From NCBI GenBank assembly GCA_035389045.1, contig DAOORA010000048.1, positions 1 to 35,187 of the forward strand: DNA of 35,187 bases. Reading direction: 5' to 3'. The notes under the pieces are model-generated. The model was not told the DNA's origin, did not search any database, and worked only from the letters and a program-made list of their open reading frames with translations. Positions 27,401-35,187 of this stretch are shown piece after piece. Origin of the DNA: Bacteroidales bacterium (GTDB lineage: Bacteria > Bacteroidota > Bacteroidia > Bacteroidales > CAIWKO01). Position numbers and translations under genes: made by a program. Each line of letters opens with the position of its first letter. The stretch's first letter is position 1.

Positions 27401-27798
27401 ATCTGCAGCGTAAAAGTTCTGCTGTTAGAAATACCTCCCAGTCCTTTTAAAACCACCGGGAAAAGTTTGTTTTTATTTCTATAATTAATGAGCTTGGCTC
27501 TCAAATTAATATCATCAATGTTTTCATGAATATATGGCTTTACTTCATCAAAATCATCAAAAAGAAGATGCTTAATTACAGAAGCAGCGTGACTCTTACC
27601 TGTGCCAAAAGTACCCTGAATCCAGATTGACTTTCTTTGACTTGGCTCGTTAGTGTCTATTGCTGAAAGCGTTTTTTTTAATACCTCATAAAACTGATCA
27701 TTGGGAATAAACTGTTTCCAATAATTTATTGTTTCATTTTCAATGTTAAATACAGGATGAAAATATTCCTGTAACTCAATAATTTTTGAATATTTCAT
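24415..27798 (-). CDS. brxC: BREX BrxC-like P-loop ATPase
   Basis: WIQGTFGTGKSH, IFWDEF, FPIHPY and RSIF.FL. The start is moved to the ATG at 27798 (MKYSKII), just after the brxP stop. Confidence 0.85.
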   Translation of the reverse strand: MKYSKIIELQEYFHPVFNIENETINYWKQFIPNDQFYEVLKKTLSAIDTNEPSQRKSIWIQGTFGTGKSHAASVIKHLLFDDFDEVKPYIHENIDDINLRAKLINYRNKNKLFPVVLKGLGGISNSRTFTLQIEKAIRTSPGFNDLGIVTTSDFERMIEQVNSPLIDWDLLIKKHEELSIYVSNKNDILKKLNSYDIDFFNVIESTLSKEGVHFSHEDITKWLVEINKELIAQNKAKGIMIFWDEFTSVMDSISSGIINQIQNIAELSEKNNIFLYLISHRTPHQHSIPKEDLSRMNDRFHIISYRMEPITTYHIMGASIKKIDTVKWRKFQSEVFDNSSLWDELISKLTNNNGSATKTRIKDLFPIHPYSAYLSTFIARNLGSTNRSIFGFLYDKELGFLNFLEKELTGSPMLTPDYLWDFFVEAFENDQEGRFNQVLDKYRLNIQRVEEKGENYTKVFKGILLLNILFKVIDVSGEEASPITPSSENILSLFIGSGFENELEDILFFIDENGIVTKTPAGDYLIEFYSLPVREIEQAKEDIRNQFKDLISVLKYAKVDGDIEKFIFKENIYRESEIALFSANIENEHVLRNRLSKAFNKPYSLKCAVFLSNGDYDQLTALPKLKDFALDDDFQNVIFTIIEEPFSEKNYEKFIDFMARKQVSDNHSYEEQSTNFENYAKGQVEEWFTRIRTRYVQVIFRDKDEKHLANQVGGFINTLICPIIFSKGIDNIPELFRNANIWKFQAAIKSAEIFINADDRTELEEKTSSGPNTYLKSIVKDKEGEYIISDNLLIKSECDPNHTLKIIQDEIDEKMSKLKLRPVFNIGDELRFLTEAPYGVYTNMPNMALMGYAMRKYVGELYVADVGRPIANDEMRDLIGHIFSYWQDNRNQNKLNVRFGSKEERELKKILFELFDLKDFNSITDTRWAIVNYVKTTAKFPLWALKYNSVDNNISIAIDELLKLLYNATNEIDVKLISSVLNKIKDARVDLKLILKPENFRSGFLSFLQSVDDDIVFSEDNFDEINEYLISNMQEEIGLWKEDGVKLKVYQWDKRNKSQPSPPNDTPSGSGPDIPPVIPPNGPANGGKKTIDKVRSFNRGENELKNRIIQFLEENPQFLSLIDKYFN

Positions 27799-27805
27799 GA
27801 CAACT

Positions 27806-30352
27806 TTATTTTTCAAGTAAAAGTTTGAGTACTTCTTTAGAGGAAAGATCCTCACGTAGAGAGATATTATCAAGGCCCATTACTAAATCAACATTTACTA
27901 AACCATTTTTGTTTTCTTGTAAAGACCTTAATATATTTTTTAATCTATCCTTTGAAACACCAAACTCATAAAAAACACCGTGCTTTTGTTCTGGCGTATA
28001 AAATTCAGTGACCGTAAAACTATGCCTATTCTTTTCTAACGCAAATCGATATAAAGAATATGCAACAGCGATAAGGCTAACATTCTCGTGAGGCAACTTT
28101 TTAATAATAGTTTCCTGACCCATTTTAATTACTTGGCCTAAATTAAACTTATTACCAAGGGGACATTCTTTAAACATATTAACAATTGCCTCTAAACCAT
28201 TATGTAAAGTACGCTCCCTTGATTCAGGAAATGAACTTTGTAAAATGGATTCAAGTTCTTTTTTGGAGAAATTGCTATTCCATTGTATCTCTTTTATGTA
28301 CCATTCAACTATAGTTGAATTATATGCAAGATTAATCCAAATTATTTCCCAAACTACATTAGGACTTAAATTATAAAGATTAGACAATAGTAACCCAATT
28401 TCAGTTGGTTTTTTATCATTTCTATTTAATAATTCCCCATCTCTGAGCCAATTAATAACAGCAGGGACCTGTTTAGAGCCAAGTCCATGCATGGATTCAA
28501 AATAATTTTCAATGTTTGCAAAAAAACTTAATAACCAATTTTCACGTAATCCAAAACCAGAATACCTGTCAATGTTTGCACGATTAATTTTCATTTTATT
28601 ACCTCCTTCAGAAATATTTAATGATTTAGAGTATAAGCAACCTTTTTCAGAAAATTCCAAACAATTACCACAATGATTACATTTGTTTGCATCAATTAAT
28701 ATTTGGGGGAAAGTTAAAAGCGCACCAGTTGGACATTCAACTTCACAAGACTCACAATGTATGCAAAATGTGCATTTATTAAGAACTTTTTTAATACGGC
28801 TTAAAAGAATCGGGTCATCTTCAATATTAAAAAAAATAAATTTTGTTTTAATCTGGCCATTAGAAGCATTTTCAGCTATTTCGAAATTAATATTTCTTTT
28901 TTTTGTATGTAATTCCCCAATTATTTTATCCTCATATGTACTGATGTTTAGTTTCCCTAATGTTTTTAACCATTCAAAGTATTTTTCATTTGGATTAGTT
29001 AATACTACTTCTAAATTAGGTTTTTCGCAAATAATGTCGATGCGCGAAGTTTCAATCATAGTGTTTTTACCACCAGCTCTTTTTTTCCAATTACCACTTT
29101 TAATATAATTTTCAATGTCATGTACACCTGACTGAGAAAGTTGTGATTTTATGAAATGTAATTGGTTGTCAATGCTTTGAGGATATTTTTTATTGATGAT
29201 ATTTTCAGACCATTCCGATGAATAAGGACAAATAGAACAACCGACTCTATTTAAACCATTTCTATAACCATCATTGATTGGTAAATTTCTTTGAAAAAGG
29301 TATAAAAAAACCTCAGTTGAACTCCAATTAAATATAGGCCTTGCATTAATTACATTATTATGCTTCACGCCCTTTCCTAATCTCGCATATTTTTCCCGAG
29401 CATTACTCTCTTCGCCTCTAACCCCTTCAAAAACGAGGACGTTTGGTTGCTTACCACTACCATTAATTTCTTTGATTAATTTATAAAGTGGTGCTGTTTT
29501 AGTCACTGTACAACACCAACGATGAAATCTACTTGGAGCACCAAATTTTTTCCAATAATCGAATGTATCCTGATTATTTTTTGCGAAATAAAACTTTAAT
29601 TCAGGATAAGTTTGATGATATAAATTTTTCGTTACTCTATACACATCAATTGATGGAGGAATTTCCATACCAGTATCAGCATAGATTACAACAAAGTTAT
29701 CCGGAGGAATGACTCTGCTTACAAGATCAAGTATTACTTGAGAATCCTTACCACCACTAAATGAGGCAACAAATTGTTCAATTTTTGTATTAAGGTAAAT
29801 AGTCTTGTTTTGCTTAGTAGCCAAATCAAGTGGCATAATATCAAAACTATCGCAATCCTGTTTTACAACAGCGTGTTTTACCTTTGTATTCTTCTCCTGT
29901 ATTTCGGCAAGCAATGCCCAGTCCACTTCTTCATTGGCTTTTGCCTTGCTTCTTATTTTTTTTAAGCTATAAGTCCGGTATGTTTGCTCAATAAATTCAA
30001 TGGCTTCCTGTTCAAGAAGAAAAAGAAGTTTTTTGTTGTTTTCAATCAGCTTACCGACATTAAGAGGCTTAAGATTCAATTTCTGACCTTCCTCGGTAAT
30101 TACAATATTAGGATCGTCAAAAATATTACCACCATTGACTTCGGCAACTAACACACCTTTATAAAAATATCTTCTGTCCAGGGCCCATAACAATGGATAA
30201 TCGGATTCAGGATATTTCCAAAATTTATTAAACCCTAGGAGGTTTAGTTCTTCATGAAAAACAGGACGTGGAGATATATTCAAAGCATCGCCATTACCAT
30301 TGGTAGTAAGCAATACACCATTATTTACCTTATCCCAAATTACTCTAAACAT
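27806..30352 (-). CDS. brxP: BrxP: PAPS-reductase-family PP-loop protein with a ferredoxin domain and a C-terminal DUF4007-like domain
   Basis: SFSGGKDS, RWCC...K, GVRGEES..R and RVGCSICP; CIHCESCEVECP and CNHCGNC; C-terminal FGLRENWL...W.IIWINL. Confidence 0.88.
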   Translation of the reverse strand: MFRVIWDKVNNGVLLTTNGNGDALNISPRPVFHEELNLLGFNKFWKYPESDYPLLWALDRRYFYKGVLVAEVNGGNIFDDPNIVITEEGQKLNLKPLNVGKLIENNKKLLFLLEQEAIEFIEQTYRTYSLKKIRSKAKANEEVDWALLAEIQEKNTKVKHAVVKQDCDSFDIMPLDLATKQNKTIYLNTKIEQFVASFSGGKDSQVILDLVSRVIPPDNFVVIYADTGMEIPPSIDVYRVTKNLYHQTYPELKFYFAKNNQDTFDYWKKFGAPSRFHRWCCTVTKTAPLYKLIKEINGSGKQPNVLVFEGVRGEESNAREKYARLGKGVKHNNVINARPIFNWSSTEVFLYLFQRNLPINDGYRNGLNRVGCSICPYSSEWSENIINKKYPQSIDNQLHFIKSQLSQSGVHDIENYIKSGNWKKRAGGKNTMIETSRIDIICEKPNLEVVLTNPNEKYFEWLKTLGKLNISTYEDKIIGELHTKKRNINFEIAENASNGQIKTKFIFFNIEDDPILLSRIKKVLNKCTFCIHCESCEVECPTGALLTFPQILIDANKCNHCGNCLEFSEKGCLYSKSLNISEGGNKMKINRANIDRYSGFGLRENWLLSFFANIENYFESMHGLGSKQVPAVINWLRDGELLNRNDKKPTEIGLLLSNLYNLSPNVVWEIIWINLAYNSTIVEWYIKEIQWNSNFSKKELESILQSSFPESRERTLHNGLEAIVNMFKECPLGNKFNLGQVIKMGQETIIKKLPHENVSLIAVAYSLYRFALEKNRHSFTVTEFYTPEQKHGVFYEFGVSKDRLKNILRSLQENKNGLVNVDLVMGLDNISLREDLSSKEVLKLLLEK

Positions 30353-30371
30353 ATCGATTCTATAAAACAGG

Positions 30372-30379
30372 CAAAGTTA
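30372..30379 (-). promoter_or_regulatory. -7 box (TAACTTTG) for the BREX operon
   Basis: TAnnTTTG 19 nt upstream of the brxP ATG. Confidence 0.55.
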
Positions 30380-30554
30380 ACAAAAGCAATACGAAAAACA
30401 GACATAAAAATTGATAAAATATTTATAGGCGCACAGGCCCCCGTTCTGAGCGAGTTGCAATAATACGAAAACAAAACGTAAAGGACGTGCTGTTTGTTTT
30501 TTTCAATTGTGTGGTTTTTTTTCATAAAATAAATATGTGCTAAAATGTTTTTCA

Positions 30555-30932
30555 TTAATTAAGCTGAGATAATAAGTAATTTATTAATTCGGTAAGGCGA
30601 TTATAGTAGGGTTCGTAATTTTTTACACCATTGTTTTCTTTTATTACTTCGAGGTGTGAAGTGATAAAAAGGGGAATGTCAATGATGGTAGTCCAGGGAT
30701 TGAGTTTGACCGGTGGTGAAGGTAAGGTTGTATTTTTAAAGAAGTTTTCAAGTTCTGTGATGTTCCATTGACCAGCAATTTTTTTTTCTTGTTCCATAGC
30801 CCAGGGCACCACGGCTTTGTTGATTATAAATGAGTGTGGTAAGGGATGGGGTTCTGAAGTTATGGGGGTATCAGATTGATTATCATCTATTTCATTGGTA
30901 AAGTTTATGGGTTTTATTTTGGGGAGGTTCAT
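30555..30932 (-). CDS. Small DUF6965-like protein of Bacteroidota integrative elements
   Basis: W.ITELENFF...P.KLNPWTTIIDIPLFITSHL...PYYNRL, located downstream of the primase. Confidence 0.65.
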   Translation of the reverse strand: MNLPKIKPINFTNEIDDNQSDTPITSEPHPLPHSFIINKAVVPWAMEQEKKIAGQWNITELENFFKNTTLPSPPVKLNPWTTIIDIPLFITSHLEVIKENNGVKNYEPYYNRLTELINYLLSQLN

Positions 30933-30950
30933 GGTTTTCAGTTAATTTTA

Positions 30951-31024
30951 TGTTGTATGTTGTATCCTGTAAACAAGATATAATGTTCAATATCAATCAT
31001 TTGGTTAGGGTACAACATACAACA
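30951..31024. repeat. Inverted repeat downstream of the primase-helicase (candidate origin)
   Basis: TGTTGTATGTTGTA (30951-30964) / TACAACATACAACA (31011-31024) is a perfect 14-bp pair around an AT-rich spacer. Confidence 0.75.
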
Positions 31025-31038
31025 ATGATTTATAATTT

Positions 31039-33231
31039 TTATTTTAAAAAACGTTGTACATTTTGCTGAGAACATTTTAAGACATCGGCAATCTGGTTTT
31101 GTGAGTTACCAAGTGATGCAAGATATATTGCAGCTTCTTTATTGGAGATTGTTTTATCCTCCTGTGGTTGCAGATGATGGAACACCTTGGTGCCAGTAAT
31201 CCTGAAGTACTCAGTAATATCAAGGGCTGCTTTCATCGTTTCTGGAGTGATCTTATCTTCATTAACACCTGTCAATGCCCATTTTGAAAAATGAATGGTT
31301 AGGGCAAGGCGCAAGCTTATAATGTCGAGTTTGCTGTACACCCCTCTCAGATAGTCGTAATTCTCATTATTGATGGCCGTGGCATTGTTGTTGAACCATG
31401 TAATATACATTGAATGGGCCTCGTCAGACAAATTAATGTATTGATTAGATTCAGGAGTGTACTCTAAAGAAAGAAGATTGTTGATGTACTGAAAGTATAA
31501 ATCCTTAACATGGCTGGGAATTACTTTGTCATTATAGAAGGGTTTGTCGGCCTTGTCGGGGAAAATATGACAAAACCGGACTAAAAAACCGTTGCGGTCC
31601 CTGTTTTCTTTGGCAAAAAGGTTAATTAGGTCGGGTTGCATCCCACCTGCAACATCAATGAATGGAGAATCAATACGTAGAATCTGTGTTTTGCGGTTAA
31701 CAACAAAAGCGTTCCCCATCCAAGCTGAGAGATAATTTTCCTGTTCACCACTTTTATTGTAACGATTGAAGTCTTTAATCCATCCACTGAGTTCATCCCG
31801 GTAGATAACAACACCCCGGGGATTATCAGAGAGTACCTTTGATAAAGATTCGGGCGTAAAGTCCTGCAGCGTGAACTGTATATATACTGGTGGCTCCATG
31901 GAACCTTGAACCCGTTGGTCTTTGGGTGTAATTTTCCATTTTTCGTAGTCTTCAAAATCTTTACTGTAATTTTCATACTTTAGTTTGTCCAAATGAAGGA
32001 AGGGCGCCAGAGCGGTATTTAGGGGCTCAGTTTTTCCGATACCTGAAGGGGCAATAAAAATAAACCACAGGCAAGGTGCGTTGATGTATTTTGTATGGAG
32101 TTTAACAGACTGTCCGATGCCCAGGGATGTTGCCAAAAGAAAAGCACCTGCCCAAAAATCCATGTGTGTACCGTATGTTTCAGCGTATGTTCTAATAAGG
32201 TATTGAAGTTGTTCGGGCAAACCGTTTATAGGGAAAGGTGGAACAGTAATACCTTTAAATTTTGCCTGTTTTGATGGTTTTAGGATAGGCCTTTCTTTAC
32301 CATAAATGATACCCCTGCTGATAGTTTTTTGCGCTCCTTTGAAATCACTAATATCCTTTTTACTAATTTCATTTTCAAGCAATGAAACCGCTTCGGATTC
32401 AGTAATTAACTCACCGGCAATGAAGCCACCAGTGAGAATACTGGCACGTAAAAGTGCGGCATGTTTTTGACCGTTGATTGATTTTCGAATCATAGACAAG
32501 GCTGACTCCATAATTTCGGTGGTATTTGCTGAATCGGGGATTGAGACCTGATGTGCTGAATAAGTAAATGCTGCAATATAATCAGCATTAATAATAGTGG
32601 GTGTTGCAGAGAAAAAACAATCAGGATCATGAGGAAGAAAAGTTGCACGACAGACATCTTTACAGGCCTTATCAATAATAAGAGGATTATTGACAGAATC
32701 GACAAAGCCTGATAATACCATATTATTGAAGTAGTTTTCGATGGCATTATAAAACTGTTCGTGTGATGCATCTTGCGGGGTAATGCGCAGTACAATTTTG
32801 AGGCCTTCGTGCCTAGGAGAAATGAACATGAGTACAGGGGTAAGATGGCTTAGAATATGCTGTTTTACCTGTTCTATTTGTGTGGATTGACCTATGTGGT
32901 CAATATCCACACAGAAGTATTCGGAACGGCAAATCAAGCCATCTGTAGCCCGGTATTTAAATATACCACTGAATGTGACAAAATCGAGTTTTTCTTTCTT
33001 ATAATCCTTTTGCTGCTTGTCATCAAGAGTAAGCAGGGTTTCATTTTTACTTTTATAAAAATCACCTTTAATGACTTGTAGAACTTCCTTAATAGTAATA
33101 TTTTTATAAGGTTGTTTGTTTTTTTCATTAATCGGTGCTCTATAGAAAGAAAATTCTGTGGTTTCGCAATCCATAGGTATATCAACGGGAGACACCATAC
33201 TTATTTCTGTAGTTGTATGAGTTGTTTCCAT
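31039..33231 (-). CDS. VirE-N (BT4734-like) primase domain plus DUF3987 helicase-like protein with a C-terminal HTH
   Basis: K..LDFVTFSGIF..R, CVDIDH, FISPRHEGLK, DKACKDVCRATFLPHDP, APSGIGKT, RDELSGW, GGMQP and GFLVRF; HTH SQNQIADVLKCSQQNV. Confidence 0.85.
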   Translation of the reverse strand: METTHTTTEISMVSPVDIPMDCETTEFSFYRAPINEKNKQPYKNITIKEVLQVIKGDFYKSKNETLLTLDDKQQKDYKKEKLDFVTFSGIFKYRATDGLICRSEYFCVDIDHIGQSTQIEQVKQHILSHLTPVLMFISPRHEGLKIVLRITPQDASHEQFYNAIENYFNNMVLSGFVDSVNNPLIIDKACKDVCRATFLPHDPDCFFSATPTIINADYIAAFTYSAHQVSIPDSANTTEIMESALSMIRKSINGQKHAALLRASILTGGFIAGELITESEAVSLLENEISKKDISDFKGAQKTISRGIIYGKERPILKPSKQAKFKGITVPPFPINGLPEQLQYLIRTYAETYGTHMDFWAGAFLLATSLGIGQSVKLHTKYINAPCLWFIFIAPSGIGKTEPLNTALAPFLHLDKLKYENYSKDFEDYEKWKITPKDQRVQGSMEPPVYIQFTLQDFTPESLSKVLSDNPRGVVIYRDELSGWIKDFNRYNKSGEQENYLSAWMGNAFVVNRKTQILRIDSPFIDVAGGMQPDLINLFAKENRDRNGFLVRFCHIFPDKADKPFYNDKVIPSHVKDLYFQYINNLLSLEYTPESNQYINLSDEAHSMYITWFNNNATAINNENYDYLRGVYSKLDIISLRLALTIHFSKWALTGVNEDKITPETMKAALDITEYFRITGTKVFHHLQPQEDKTISNKEAAIYLASLGNSQNQIADVLKCSQQNVQRFLK

Positions 33232-33235
33232 TGCT

Positions 33236-33526
33236 TTACTTTTTTACTGCGAATGCTTTTTTATAGTGTTTTTCCAAATGTTTCTGTATGTCAGAAGCTT
33301 TAAAATAAATCTTACCGCCCAGCTGACTGAAAGGAAGGATGCCGTTATCCCTATATGATTGAAGAGTTCTTTTGCTTACAAAAAGGATTTGGCAAGCCTC
33401 CGAAATGTCGAGCCAACGATCCTGCAGGGGATAATCATTTTTTTCTGTTTCAAGAAGCTGTTTGATGTCTTCCACTTTTTCATATAAAAGCTGGAATGTT
33501 TGGGGATTGATGTTTGAAGTGTCCAT
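33236..33526 (-). CDS. Excisionase-like HTH_17 (MerR-type) DNA-binding protein
   Basis: WLDISEACQILFVSKRTLQSYRDNGILPFSQLGGKIYFKASDI. Confidence 0.9.
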   Translation of the reverse strand: MDTSNINPQTFQLLYEKVEDIKQLLETEKNDYPLQDRWLDISEACQILFVSKRTLQSYRDNGILPFSQLGGKIYFKASDIQKHLEKHYKKAFAVKK

Positions 33527-33647
33527 GTTTTTTCAATATTTAATTAATTAATAAATTAGTTACCGGTTTTTTTATTCGCGCAAATGAAAAAACTGAACAC
33601 AAAGAAAATAAGGAATTATGCGAAATAATTAGCGAATACTATAGCGC

Positions 33648-33754
33648 AGTGCAGAGTGCAGAGTGCAGAGTGCGTTGACAGGGTTGGTAGTGCTAAAGGC
33701 GGAAAGAACCGAACTAATCAGAAAAAATTAGTGCTAAATGAGGAAGTGCAGAGT
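33648..33754. repeat. AGTGCAG heptamer tandem (3.7 copies) plus dispersed AGTGC boxes
   Basis: Tandem at 33648-33673, TAGTGCTAAA at 33688 and 33729, and AGTGCAGAGT at 33745. Confidence 0.8.
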
Positions 33755-35187
33755 CTAAATTAATTGTGATGCTGCGCTTTCTAAAAGTTTTGCCGAAGCT
33801 GGCTTATGAAGATTACGAAAACTTTTATAGTCATAATCTTTGCCCTTGCTGTCACAGAAACAATTTGCAGTAACCTTCCAAATATCATTGCCGAGAGGCT
33901 TAATTGATTTCTTTCGAAGGTGAATTAATATTATAAAATAATAGAGTTCGGATATTTTACCTGTCCATTTTATTTTTTTATCGGGGGTTCGTGATGAGAA
34001 TAATTTTCGGAAAATTCGTTTGTCTGTTTTGGAATGAATGAATTTATTTTTTTTAAGATTGTCATAAAGATCATCTATCGCATCAGGCTGGGTAGAATTA
34101 TTTATATATTCAAATGAAACTGGAATAACTTTGGCGTTTTTTTTCTCAGAGGGCTCAGTCTTTGTATGTATTGGTGTTGTATTATCAACCGGTAGCTCTG
34201 TTATGAATTTACTTAGTTTTTCAATAAAATTGTCCGAAATCAGATGAAAAAATGATGTGCGAAGGTCATAAATTTTTGGCTCAAAATATTTATCATAAAA
34301 ATCATTATAAGATAATCTAAGACAACCAGGCAGGGTGTCGGTTGAAGCGTTATTTTTAAAAATTTCTGTTTCAAAAAAATCCTCAAAACTAAAGTCATTA
34401 TCCTTGAGGTATTTTATTGCAGGGCCAGTAGTGCCACCAATGTAATTTTTAACGGCACCTTCAATTTTCATTAAGTAACTTTTAATAAAAGATTGCTTAT
34501 TTGGGGGTAACACTGAAGAGTATAAGTTTAAAATATCAGCCTGTACGCTTTTACATTTGTCGCGCAGGACGGCATAATAGCTGGAACAGGAACAATCAGA
34601 TTTATACTTTGAGGTAATATCGGCTGATTCAAAAAAATTGTCCAAGGAGTCGGGGAAATTTTTTACTGATACTGCCTGAGGTGCCGAAACATTTACATGA
34701 CTAACAGTAGTTAGATAGTTATTATTCGGGACTAATAAACTTTTAAAAAAAGACATAAGTTCATCAATGAAATAATCAGAAATATGAAAGATAAAGGCAG
34801 AAATTAAGTCCAGAATTTTATAATCACCATCTTTTCTATCAATAGCTTCATAAGTGTCTCTAATGTACTTATAGAAGTCATTGGGAGGTATTTCATTGGC
34901 GGGTTTTTCGAAGAAGTCGGTTAATGAAATGGAAAGGTTATTGAGAAAGTATGCCGCATTACTGCCCGTGCCTGCCACATATTGGTTAGTAACATTATCG
35001 ACATGAGAAATGTAAGCATTAATAACATTTTGTCGATCAGATTGTGGAATAGAGGTAATATACAACGTGAACTGCGGTTTTAGTTCTAAAAACCTTCGTT
35101 GCAGGTTAAAATAATATCCGGAACATGACCATTTTGACCTATATTTATCATAAGGATCGGCTTTATCAAGAAAAGATACTACACAAG
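33755..35187 (-). CDS. Hypothetical protein, 5'-truncated by the window, with an internal domain duplication and an RteC-like/wHTH C-terminus
   Basis: The frame stays open from 35065 to the window edge. The C-terminal FRKLFS...KIKWTGKISELYYFI resembles regulators found between integrase and excisionase in Bacteroidota elements. Confidence 0.7.
   Translation of the reverse strand, partial: CVVSFLDKADPYDKYRSKWSCSGYYFNLQRRFLELKPQFTLYITSIPQSDRQNVINAYISHVDNVTNQYVAGTGSNAAYFLNNLSISLTDFFEKPANEIPPNDFYKYIRDTYEAIDRKDGDYKILDLISAFIFHISDYFIDELMSFFKSLLVPNNNYLTTVSHVNVSAPQAVSVKNFPDSLDNFFESADITSKYKSDCSCSSYYAVLRDKCKSVQADILNLYSSVLPPNKQSFIKSYLMKIEGAVKNYIGGTTGPAIKYLKDNDFSFEDFFETEIFKNNASTDTLPGCLRLSYNDFYDKYFEPKIYDLRTSFFHLISDNFIEKLSKFITELPVDNTTPIHTKTEPSEKKNAKVIPVSFEYINNSTQPDAIDDLYDNLKKNKFIHSKTDKRIFRKLFSSRTPDKKIKWTGKISELYYFIILIHLRKKSIKPLGNDIWKVTANCFCDSKGKDYDYKSFRNLHKPASAKLLESAASQLI

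Larger units (their letters stand above)
19260..35187. mobile_element. Integrative element/genomic island (xis-primase backbone) with defence cargo; boundaries uncertain
   Basis: Gene order is regulator-HTH_17-VirE_N/DUF3987-DUF6965, followed by visibly AT-richer BREX and DUF3800 cargo. An integrase is expected beyond the right edge. Confidence 0.7.

Noticed and set aside
27799..27873. ORF-track N-terminal extension of brxC overlapping brxP
   Set aside because: An ATG at 27798, just after the brxP stop, gives a normal operon junction.

Overview
Bacteroidota-type DNA, judged from a T9SS C-terminal sorting domain, TAnnTTTG promoters and a FISUMP-domain gene. The window has four parts. (1) 0.2-9.7 kb: tRNA-Met followed by a tightly coupled minus-strand operon encoding a Ser/Thr kinase, a coiled-coil protein, a ClpB-D2-type AAA+ ATPase, an orphan NrdG-like radical SAM enzyme, a Zn-ribbon FHA protein, a PP2C phosphatase and a membrane protein. 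(2) 10-14.3 kb: a FISUMP/T9SS protein, MITE-like palindromic repeats, a DUF2141-like protein, rtcB and tRNA-Arg(TCT). (3) 14.4-18.9 kb: two paralogous DUF6266-like genes and a J-domain gene, next to about 1.25 kb of non-coding DNA. This DNA folds into five consecutive long hairpins on the + strand, including a candidate ssDNA-only promoter and a pair of inverted dif/Xer-like sites resembling a CTXphi-type attP. This is the most unusual object in the window. (4) 19.3-35.2 kb: an integrative-element backbone (HTH excisionase, VirE-N/DUF3987 primase-helicase, candidate origin). Its cargo is a type 4 BREX system (brxP-brxC-pglZ-brxL) and a DUF3800 plus putative RNase gene pair facing a small promoter-to-terminator RNA. 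Family names come from motif recognition by eye, not database searches.
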